DNA of 64,000 nt from an uncultured Solirubrobacterales bacterium (lineage in GTDB: Bacteria; Actinomycetota; Thermoleophilia; Solirubrobacterales; Solirubrobacteraceae). Positions 8,281 to 15,641 of the stretch are shown piece by piece. A model generated the notes under the pieces. It saw only the letters and a list, made by a program, of their open reading frames with translations, searched no databases and was not told where the DNA came from. The stretch lies in contig CAVUQG010000013.1 in the NCBI GenBank assembly GCA_963743555.1, positions 42,125 to 106,124 on the forward strand, read 5' to 3'. The translations under genes were made by a program, and so were the position numbers. The first letter of the stretch is position 1. Each line of letters opens with the position of its first letter.

Positions 8281-11200
8281 TCACGTGATCGTGATCGCTT
8301 GGCGGGTCTCGGTGATATGCCTGCCGGCCTTATGCGTGATCGTCAACGTGTAGCGGCCGTGGGGCAACGCCACCCGCGGGTCGCTCGACAGGAACTCGAT
8401 GTGGCCTTTGACCGTGCGTGCCGAGCCGATCGCGAATACCTTGCCGTGACGTGAAAGCGTCGCGCGCGCCGTCGACGCGGTGGTCGTGAACTTCACCGGA
8501 CCGGTCACGAGCTTCGTCGTGCACGTCTGCTTGCCGCCCTTCTTCGTGCACGTCACGATCTCGACCTTGCCCGCCGGTCCTTCCTTGCCTTCGGGTCCGG
8601 TGGGACCCTGGGTGCCGGTGGGGCCAGTCGAGCCCTGCGGCCCGGTGGTGCCGGTCGGCCCTGCTTCGCCCTTTGTTCCGTTGTTGCCGGGGGGTTCGGA
8701 GTTCGGCGCAACACCGGTTCCCGTGAGGCTCACCGTGGGGGTGTAGTCATTGCCGGCGTCGAGGCTGAGCGTCGCATTGCGCGGTCCGTTCTCGGAAGCG
8801 GTGAACTGCACGCCGATCGAGCAGACCTGTTCGGGTGCGAGGGTCATGTTCTCGCAGAGGTCATCGCCGCTCGGGATCGTGAAGTCGCCCGCGTCGGTCC
8901 CGCCGATCTGCGCTGCGCCGCTGAGCGTGAGCGGCGTCGGCCCGGTGTTCTTCACCGGCACCCACAGCACCGGGCCTGGCTGGCTCGTAGTCTGGGAGCC
9001 GAAGCTCAGTTGCGGTGGGAGAGAGATCTGCAGGAACACATACGGCCACACCGCGCCGGCGTCGGCATTGTCCCAGGGCCCGCCGATCAGCGCCGTGCCG
9101 CCGTCTTCGGACAGCGCCACACCTTCGCCGAATTTGCCAGATCCGGTCTCGCCTGCGCCCACGATCTTTGAGCCGTCCTGCTTCCAGGTTTCACCAGAGC
9201 GCGTAAACCTCCACGCCGCGCCGGCGAAGAAGCCAGCGCCGCTGTCAAGGGGCGCACCGATCAGAGCCGTGTTCCCATCGCCGGACAACGCCAAACTGTC
9301 GCCGAATTCGCCGCGTTCGCTCTCGCCCGTGCCAGTGAGCTTTCCGCCCTGCTGGCTCCACGTTTCGCCAGCGCGCGTAAACACCCACACCGCACCGCGG
9401 CGTTCACTGTCGTAAGGCCCGCCGACCAGTGCCATGTTCCCGTCGCCTGATAGCGCGACGCTTGAGCCGAAATGGCCGCCTTCGCCGCCAAAGCCCCCTC
9501 CGACCTCCCCCGTGCCGGTGAGCTTTCCGCCCTGCTGCGTCCACGTGGAGTCAGACCGCGTGAACACCCAGGCAGCGCCTTTGCATTCTTCGTGCGTGGG
9601 TTCTTCGTAACCGTCGCAAGGCCCGCCAAAAAGCGCCGTGTCGCCGTCAGCGGAGAGCGCCACGCCTTCACCGAAACGGCCTTTCCCGGTCTCGCCTGTG
9701 CCCGTGAGCTTCGACCCCTCCTGGCTCCAGGTTTCGCCAGAGCGCGTGAACACCCACGCTGCCCCGACGCCGCTGTTGTCGTCAGGACCACCGATCAGCG
9801 CCATATTTCCGTCTGAGGACAGCGCCACGCTGTGGCCGAAGCTGCCGCCTCCGGTCTCGCCCGTGCCCGTGAGCTTTGACTGCTGAGTCCAGGTGGAGCC
9901 AGAGCGCGTGAACACGTACGCCGCCCCGGCGCCTGGCGCGCCGATCAACGCCGTGTTCCCATCGGCCGAGAGCGCCACGCTCTGGCCGAATCCTTCGTAC
10001 TGTGTCTGGTCGGTGCCGGTGAGCTTCGAGCCCTGTTGGGTCCAGGTTTCGCCAGAGCGTGTAAATATCCACGCCGACCCTTGCCATTCGTTGCCGTCGC
10101 GAGAGCCCCCAATCAGCGCCGTATTCCCATCGGCCGACAGCGCTACGCTGTCACCGAATTCGCCGCCTCCGGTCTGGCCCGAGCCGGTGAGCTTTTCTCC
10201 GTCCTGACTCCAGGTTTCGCCAGAGCGCGTAAACACCGACGCGGACCCGGCGAAGCTGTTGTCGAAGGGCGCGCCGATCAGCGCCGTATCGCCGTCGCCC
10301 GACAGCGCCACGGTTGAACCAAAATGGGTCTTATCGACCGCGCCCGTGCCGAGCTTCGGACCCTGCTGGGCCCAGGTTACGCCGGAGCGCGTGAACACCC
10401 ACACCGCGTCTTCGCTCTCACCGGTGCCGTCGATCAGGCCCGCGCCGATCAGCGCCGTGTCGCCGTCTTCAGACAGCGCCACGCTCGTGCCGAAATTGGC
10501 TTCTCCGGTCTCTTCTTTGCCGGTGAGCTTCGAGCCCTGCTGGCTCCACGTTTCGCCAGAGCGCGTGAACACCCACACCGCCCCAGCACCGGTGTTGTCG
10601 TCAGGACCGCCGATCAGCGCCGTTTTGCCATCGCCAGACAGCGCCACGCTTTCGCCGAAGCTGCCGTCTCCGGTCTCGCCCCCGCCCGTGAGCTGGGAGC
10701 CCTGCTGGGTCCAAGTGGAGCCTGAGCGCGTGAACACCCACGCCGCCCCGATGTTGCTGTCGGCGTCGTCGCTCCCACCGATCAGCGCCGTGTTGCCATC
10801 AAAGGACAGCGCCACGCTTTTCCCGAAGTAGTAGGTCCCTCCGCTTGCGCCCGCACCGGTGAGCTTTCCGCCCTGCTGACTCCAGGTTTCGCCAGACCGC
10901 GTGAACACCCACACCGCCCCGACATCGTTGTTGTCCCGTGGCGCGGCGATCAGCGCCGTGTTCCCATCGCCAGACAGCGCCACGCTCATACCGAACTCGC
11001 CGAACCCGACGTGGCCCGTCCCGGTCAGCTTCGAGCCCTGCTGCGTCCAAGTCGAGCCAGACCGCGTGAACACCCACACCGCCCCATCCCATTCGTCATC
11101 GCTCCAGCCACCGACGAGCGCCGTGTTGCCATTGGCGGACAGCGCCACGCTCGTACCGAACGAGCCGCCTCCGACCTCGCCCGAGCCGGTGAGCTTCGAC

Positions 11201-12147
11201 CCCTGCTGAGTCCACGTCGAGCCCGACCGCGTGAACACCCACGCCGCCCCGATGCCCCCGTTGTCCTCCTTCCCGCCGACCAGCGCCGTGCTGCCATCGG
11301 CCGACAGCGCCACGCTGTAACCGAACCCGCCGTCTCCAGTCTGGCCCGTCCCACTGAGCTTTCCGCCCTGCTGGATCAACGGGTCGACCCGCAGCGGATA
11401 GCGCGCGCCCGCCGCGTCCACCCGCAGCACCACGCGACCCCGTTCCAACGCGAGCCAGCTGCGCAGCACGCGCCCACGCGCGTCGACGGCCCGCAGGGCC
11501 GCATAGCGCAGAACCGTGCGCCCGTCGCGCACGAGGATCAGCCCGCGGCCGCCTTCAGCGAGCCTGGGATGAACGTTGCCAGAGAGAGCCAGCGAAACGG
11601 CGAGTGGCCCCACGGCGTCTCCCGCCGGCGCGTGCGCCACGGTGAAGCCCTGCTCGAGACCAAGGGGACCATTGGCATACCACGCGGTGAGACCCGCGTA
11701 GGTGTAGCTGACGCGGTTGGCGCCGGCGCGCGGCGCTACAGACCCCACCGGCTCGAGCGCGCTCGCGTAACCGTACGCCGCGAGCGCCACACCAAGCCGC
11801 GCCTTGCCCGAGACAACCGTGACACCGTGGCGCGAGAAGCCAGCGCGCAAGTGCTGCGCCGGGTTGACGGCCCGGAGACCCGCCACGCGATAAGCCGGCG
11901 CGTCTTGCCCCAACGCGGCCGAGACCGGACCCTGCGCGGTCAGCGGCAAACTCTCAAGACCATGCCGGGCCGTCGTCGCCCGCCCCGCAGTTCCGCCGGG
12001 CAGCGTTAGGAGCGCCGCCACGCATCCGGTCGCCGCCACGACACCCACCAGCAGAACCACTATCCAGGAACGCAGCCAGCTGCTTCGTGCCGCGGCACCG
12101 CGCCTCGCCGTAGGGAACCGCTGCACCGCGACTTCTGCCCGCATCAT
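8281..12147 (-). CDS. Large secreted FG-GAP (integrin-alpha-like) repeat protein with Ig-like domain, collagen-like linker and conserved C-terminal domain
   Basis: N-terminal hydrophobic segment, 14 copies of FGxSVALSxDGxTALIG...AWVFTRSGxTW, ASH/choice-of-anchor-D-like domain (VKNTG..DLC..CSIGVQF), 14 Gly-X-Y triplets. Confidence 0.9.
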   Translation of the reverse strand: MMRAEVAVQRFPTARRGAAARSSWLRSWIVVLLVGVVAATGCVAALLTLPGGTAGRATTARHGLESLPLTAQGPVSAALGQDAPAYRVAGLRAVNPAQHLRAGFSRHGVTVVSGKARLGVALAAYGYASALEPVGSVAPRAGANRVSYTYAGLTAWYANGPLGLEQGFTVAHAPAGDAVGPLAVSLALSGNVHPRLAEGGRGLILVRDGRTVLRYAALRAVDARGRVLRSWLALERGRVVLRVDAAGARYPLRVDPLIQQGGKLSGTGQTGDGGFGYSVALSADGSTALVGGKEDNGGIGAAWVFTRSGSTWTQQGSKLTGSGEVGGGSFGTSVALSANGNTALVGGWSDDEWDGAVWVFTRSGSTWTQQGSKLTGTGHVGFGEFGMSVALSGDGNTALIAAPRDNNDVGAVWVFTRSGETWSQQGGKLTGAGASGGTYYFGKSVALSFDGNTALIGGSDDADSNIGAAWVFTRSGSTWTQQGSQLTGGGETGDGSFGESVALSGDGKTALIGGPDDNTGAGAVWVFTRSGETWSQQGSKLTGKEETGEANFGTSVALSEDGDTALIGAGLIDGTGESEDAVWVFTRSGVTWAQQGPKLGTGAVDKTHFGSTVALSGDGDTALIGAPFDNSFAGSASVFTRSGETWSQDGEKLTGSGQTGGGEFGDSVALSADGNTALIGGSRDGNEWQGSAWIFTRSGETWTQQGSKLTGTDQTQYEGFGQSVALSADGNTALIGAPGAGAAYVFTRSGSTWTQQSKLTGTGETGGGSFGHSVALSSDGNMALIGGPDDNSGVGAAWVFTRSGETWSQEGSKLTGTGETGKGRFGEGVALSADGDTALFGGPCDGYEEPTHEECKGAAWVFTRSDSTWTQQGGKLTGTGEVGGGFGGEGGHFGSSVALSGDGNMALVGGPYDSERRGAVWVFTRAGETWSQQGGKLTGTGESERGEFGDSLALSGDGNTALIGAPLDSGAGFFAGAAWRFTRSGETWKQDGSKIVGAGETGSGKFGEGVALSEDGGTALIGGPWDNADAGAVWPYVFLQISLPPQLSFGSQTTSQPGPVLWVPVKNTGPTPLTLSGAAQIGGTDAGDFTIPSGDDLCENMTLAPEQVCSIGVQFTASENGPRNATLSLDAGNDYTPTVSLTGTGVAPNSEPPGNNGTKGEAGPTGTTGPQGSTGPTGTQGPTGPEGKEGPAGKVEIVTCTKKGGKQTCTTKLVTGPVKFTTTASTARATLSRHGKVFAIGSARTVKGHIEFLSSDPRVALPHGRYTLTITHKAGRHITETRQAITIT

Positions 12148-12302
12148 CCGCTCCTCCGCGTTTGACTCACTCTGGTGACCTCAAGATGCCCCTTTAACCG
12201 CTGTACCGTACCACCACCTACGGGGCATCATGTTTAGGACCACAACATCATATGTCATAGACGCATGGTAATCATAGCTCTGTGCCTTGAGGCTTCCGCG
12301 CG

Positions 12303-12546
12303 ATGGCACGCCACGCGGAACCCCAGGCCGCTCTCGGGCGAGCCATCGCCACCCGTCGCGAGGAGCTCGGCCTAAAGCAGGAGCAGCTAGCGCTCGCGGT
12401 CGGCACCGACCAGGCGCGTATATCCAGGATCGAGAACGCCGGGGACAACCCAAGCTACGGCCTGGTCGAGCGAATCGCCAAAGCCCCTGGAACTGGAGCT
12501 GTGGCAACTCGCAAAGCAAGCAGGAGAACTCGAGACCAGCGACTAA
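12303..12546 (+). CDS. XRE-family HTH regulator (frameshift in C-run near 12485)
   Basis: LGRAIATRREELGLKQEQLA..ISRIENAGDNPS; shifted frame continues LELELWQLAKQAGELETSD to TAA at 12544..12546. Confidence 0.85.
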
Positions 12547-12614
12547 CCACGACCAATCCCCCGCTCGGTTGATGGACCTCGATCGCAATCACTGGACCGC
12601 GTGCCACCCGACAC

Positions 12615-12827
12615 CTAGAGCTTGGCCCGCTCGGCGAGCCAGTCGTCGAGCATGTGGCGCGTGAAGCGGATGTGCCGTCCTACTCGATGGCAAGGCAGGC
12701 GACCAGTCCGCACGGCCTCGTAGATCCAGCTTGGCTTGACGTCCAGATACCAGGCGGCCTTCTCTGGGCGCCAGAGCCGATCCTCCGTCAACATAGTCGG
12801 TGGGTCTGCTGTGGATGTTGCTTGCAT
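12615..12827 (-). CDS. Excisionase-family HTH DNA-binding protein
   Basis: LWRPEKAAWYLDVKPSWIYEAVRTGRLPCHRVGRHIRFTRHMLDDWL; start may instead be 12794. Confidence 0.85.
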   Translation of the reverse strand: MQATSTADPPTMLTEDRLWRPEKAAWYLDVKPSWIYEAVRTGRLPCHRVGRHIRFTRHMLDDWLAERAKL

Positions 12828-12967
12828 GCCGGTTATAGACCGGCAGGACGCTCGAACGGCCAACGGATTTAGCCAGAGCTCATCCCTGCCGCGCGGCGCC
12901 AGTCATCGCCCCGGAGGAAGCCGCCCAACTACCCCCGAGGACCCTCCGCGCCCCCTGAGCGGCCCTC

Positions 12968-13199
12968 TGGGGAAATCTGTAGGGAAATCTGCGGCTTCGT
13001 CCGCCCCCACTGCTATGCTGCATTCCGTTGGGTTTGCAGGGCTTTTCGCTAAGGACCCGACTGGCCTCGAACCACCGCCCAGTCGATTATGAGGCACTGT
13101 CGCCGCCCCAAGTTGGCTCCAGTTATCCCGTCTATCGCCTGAGAAATACGGATAATCCACAGATTCGCTCCGACGATTAGGGAAATCTTGGGGAAATCG
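12968..13199. other. Orphan attP-like site: paired GGGAAATC arm repeats flanking a degenerate tRNA(CAT) 3' half
   Basis: T(G/A)GGGAAATC x2 at 12968..12991 and x2 at 13178..13199; minus strand 13053..13093 reads CTCATAA-TCGAC-TGGGC-GGTGG-TTCGAGG-CCAGT-CGGGTCC. Confidence 0.65.
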
Positions 13200-13353
13200 T
13201 GAGTGCTCTCGACATCGTCGTTTCAGGCGAGCGCAAGACGTCGTAGGCGCCGTCGCCGCCATCGAACTCGCTCAGATCGCTCACGCCGAGTCCACCCGTT
13301 GCCGCACCTTCTCCATCAGAGGTGAAATCAAGCCGAGTGGACGGGCACCCGGG

Positions 13354-13686
13354 TTATGCGGCGTGAACCACAACCGGCGGGGCGCTGTCCGCCTCGGCCG
13401 TCGGAATCAAGTGGTACTGCACGATAAAGCCGAGGCTCTCCGCGTAGCGATCGACGGTCGATACCTTCGCGTCGGCCGCCGTGCTCTCCAGACGCGCGAC
13501 AAAAGACTGCGAGGTCTCCATCGCCGCGGCGATAGCGGTCTGAGAGCGCTTCTGCTCCTCGCGCTGCCCGGCCAGAGCACGCAGCAACTCACGGCGCCGG
13601 CGAGCCGCGTCCAGCAGTCGCGGAAACTCGGGGTTGCGCGCGGCGCGCTTATCAATCATCTTGTCTAGGAAGTCACGCTCGGGCAT
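13354..13686 (-). CDS. HigA-like XRE antitoxin
   Basis: REEQKRSQTAIAAAMETSQSFVARLES...VSTVDRYAESLG; lies downstream of a RelE-like toxin. Confidence 0.85.
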   Translation of the reverse strand: MPERDFLDKMIDKRAARNPEFPRLLDAARRRRELLRALAGQREEQKRSQTAIAAAMETSQSFVARLESTAADAKVSTVDRYAESLGFIVQYHLIPTAEADSAPPVVVHAA

Positions 13687-13728
13687 GGAATTGCCTACTC
13701 TCCGAATGGCCTTCGATACCTACAGCGG

Positions 13729-13754
13729 TATCTCTTTCTGGAGATAGCTTAGCA
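13729..13754 (-). promoter_or_regulatory. Putative antitoxin promoter (extended -10 TGC-TAAGCT) with adjacent operator TATCTC-N6-GAGATA
   Basis: Inverted repeat 13729..13746 directly downstream of a TAAGCT hexamer (13746..13751, minus strand). Confidence 0.5.
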
Positions 13755-13757
13755 TTC

Positions 13758-14199
13758 TCACTGATGCAGCGAGCGCCTGCCGCGCGCGACGCGCTTCTGA
13801 TTCCCTCGCCGCCGCCAGTCAGCCAGACGTCTCTTCGCGAGTCTCGATCGCAGCCCGGGGCGTCTTCTGCGTCTTCTTGTTGAACCCGTCCAAGGCCAGC
13901 AGGATCTGTCCGCGGCTGCCTTCCTCCGCGAACAGGATGCGGTAGATGACCCGATCGCCGTCCACCCTGACCTCCCAGATATCCCCGTCAAGATGGCGGG
14001 CGGCCTGCAGACCTCGATCGCGGACCTCCTCCATGCCGGCAAGCACAGCCGCCGCGTCGGAGTCGGAGAGCTTGTCGATGAACCCTTCGACCGGACTACG
14101 ACCCGATGGGGTCTTGTAGTCGCGCCAGCGCCGCCGAATCGGAGGCGGCCCACCGGCAGCGGAGTCGGTCTTCTCCCTGGATCGCTTCGCTGGAGCCAT
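13758..14199 (-). CDS. RelE/ParE-family (Gp49/HigB-like) toxin, frameshift near 13840
   Basis: YKTPSGRSPVEGFI..RHLDGDIWEVRV..YRILF..LALDGFNKKTQKTP; shifted frame continues LAKRRLADW. Confidence 0.88.
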
Positions 14200-14246
14200 C
14201 GAACGAGCTTATGCAGCGCCTCGGACCGAGTGCTCTTGGTCAACAG

Positions 14247-14270
14247 GACTGGCACGAATCCTGGCACGAG
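14247..14270. promoter_or_regulatory. Putative integrase arm-type binding sites (tRNA-proximal end)
   Basis: GACTGGCACGA-ATC-CTGGCACGAG, same motif and orientation as 1373..1395. Confidence 0.75.
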
Positions 14271-14280
14271 CAGCCCACTA

Positions 14281-14310
14281 AAACGCAAAACGCCCCGTAA
14301 GCACGGGGCG
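14281..14310 (-). terminator. Intrinsic terminator downstream of tRNA-Gln, carried by the element
   Basis: Minus strand CGCCCCGT-GCTT-ACGGGGCG followed by TTTTGCGTTT. Confidence 0.75.
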
Positions 14311-14318
14311 CAAGCGTA

Positions 14319-14391
14319 CTCCGGGACAGGGACTCGAACCCCAATCTCCCGGACCAGAACCGGGCGTCACTGCCAATTGGACTATCCCGGA
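14319..14391 (-). tRNA. tRNA-Gln (anticodon CTG), CCA not encoded
   Basis: Acceptor TCCGGGA/TCCCGGA, anticodon arm CCCGG-TTCTGGT-CCGGG, T-loop TTCGAGT; 73 nt. Confidence 0.96.
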
Positions 14392-14474
14392 CAGTGCGTG
14401 TCGCGGCAAAGAATATAGCGACTCGTCAGGCAGCTCCCCGTGGCATGGGAGGCTGAGCGGCAGGCGTCGACGCC

Positions 14475-15152
14475 CTACGCCTCCGCCCGACTCCCGCTGG
14501 AGGCAAAGAACGCCGTAATAGCCTCCTCCAAACCCGGGTCCAGCACCAGCAAGACCTCGTCCCCCGCTTCGATCACCGTATCCGCCTTGGGCACGAAGCC
14601 GCCCCCCGCGCGCAATACAGAGATGATCAGACTGCCTTCCGGCAAGGCGATGTCAGAGACGCGCTCGCCTACTACCGGAGCGCCGGTACCGACCTCGAGC
14701 TCGATGATCTCCAGACGCTCCTCTTCCAATGCGAGCAGGTGAACCAAGCCGTAGCGCGGCACCTCGTGCTCGATCAGGCGCAGGATCAGGTCGGTTGCGG
14801 AGACCGCCGGCTGGATGCCCAGCAGCTTGAAATGGTCGTAGTTGCGCGGGTTGTTGACGCGGGCGATGATGCGCTCGCACAGGTACTTCTCCTTGGCGAC
14901 CTGGCAGACGAGCATGTTGTCCTCGTCGTCGCCCGTGACCGCGATCACCAGATCGGCGCGCTGGATGCCCGCCCGCTCCAGGACCCACAGCTCCGTGGCG
15001 TCGCCGTACTGGACGGCGTGCTCGTACTCTTCCTCGATCAACAGGTAGCGGGGCCGCGAGGACTCGATGAGCGTGACCTCGTTGCCCTTGAGGATCAGCT
15101 CGCGCGCGAGGTTGCGGCCCACCTTGCCGGCACCGACGATGATCACGTACAT
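14475..15152 (-). CDS. trkA: TrkA/KtrA-family potassium uptake regulatory subunit (RCK_N + RCK_C)
   Basis: IIVGAGKVG, AVTGDDEDN, C-terminal TrkA-C domain. Confidence 0.92.
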   Translation of the reverse strand: MYVIIVGAGKVGRNLARELILKGNEVTLIESSRPRYLLIEEEYEHAVQYGDATELWVLERAGIQRADLVIAVTGDDEDNMLVCQVAKEKYLCERIIARVNNPRNYDHFKLLGIQPAVSATDLILRLIEHEVPRYGLVHLLALEEERLEIIELEVGTGAPVVGERVSDIALPEGSLIISVLRAGGGFVPKADTVIEAGDEVLLVLDPGLEEAITAFFASSGSRAEA

Positions 15153-15160
15153 GGCTTGAC

Positions 15161-15589
15161 CTACGCCGACTCAGCCGCAAGCGCGCTCTCGAACATCTCG
15201 ATCGCGTGCTTGGTCGGGGAGATCGTATGCAGGCCCTGTTCGCCGTACCAGCCGGCGCGGGCCGGGTCCATCACCCGTACGAGCACCTTCTGTACGCCGA
15301 AGCGGCGTTGGGCGATCTGGGCGATGATCAGGTTTGTGTTGTCGCCGTCGGTCGAGGCGATGAACACGTCGGCGCGCTCGATCCCCGCCTGCACGAGCGC
15401 TTCGGTCTCCAAAGCCGTTCCCACCGTGAACTGGCCGTCGGATTCCTCCCAGCTGCCGCTCTGGCCTGCGTCGAGGCGCTCGTGGGAGAGCGGGTCCTCG
15501 TCGAGCACCGAGACTTCATGGCCGGCCGCCAATGCAGACTTGGCCACAGCCGAGCCGACACGGCCCGCCCCGACGATCAACACGAACAT
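15161..15589 (-). CDS. TrkA-family protein, RCK_N domain only
   Basis: LIVGAGRVG, ASTDGDNTN. Confidence 0.9.
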   Translation of the reverse strand: MFVLIVGAGRVGSAVAKSALAAGHEVSVLDEDPLSHERLDAGQSGSWEESDGQFTVGTALETEALVQAGIERADVFIASTDGDNTNLIIAQIAQRRFGVQKVLVRVMDPARAGWYGEQGLHTISPTKHAIEMFESALAAESA

Positions 15590-15641
15590 AGGAAGGGCGG
15601 CGCCGGGGTTGATGGGGGGATCGCAAGCACGGCGTGTGAGA

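Larger units (their letters stand above)
1234..14338. mobile_element. Integrative mobilizable element inserted at the 3' end of tRNA-Gln(CTG)
   Basis: 21-bp direct repeat ACTCCGGGACAGGGACTCGAA at 1234..1254 and 14318..14338 (tRNA 3' end); contains integrase, excisionase, MOBF relaxase and TA pair; no T4SS genes. Confidence 0.93.

Noticed and set aside
9035-11385. Regularly spaced DNA repeats resembling a CRISPR array or DGR template
   Set aside because: They are in-frame FG-GAP coding repeats with ~170-bp period; no cas or reverse transcriptase gene is present.
13053-13093. Possible second tRNA gene
   Set aside because: No 5' half (acceptor 5' strand, D-arm, anticodon 5' stem) and the T-stem is mismatched; reported as an att-core fragment instead.
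1234-14338. Prophage or anti-phage defence island
   Set aside because: No capsid, terminase, tail or recognisable defence genes beyond one type II TA pair.
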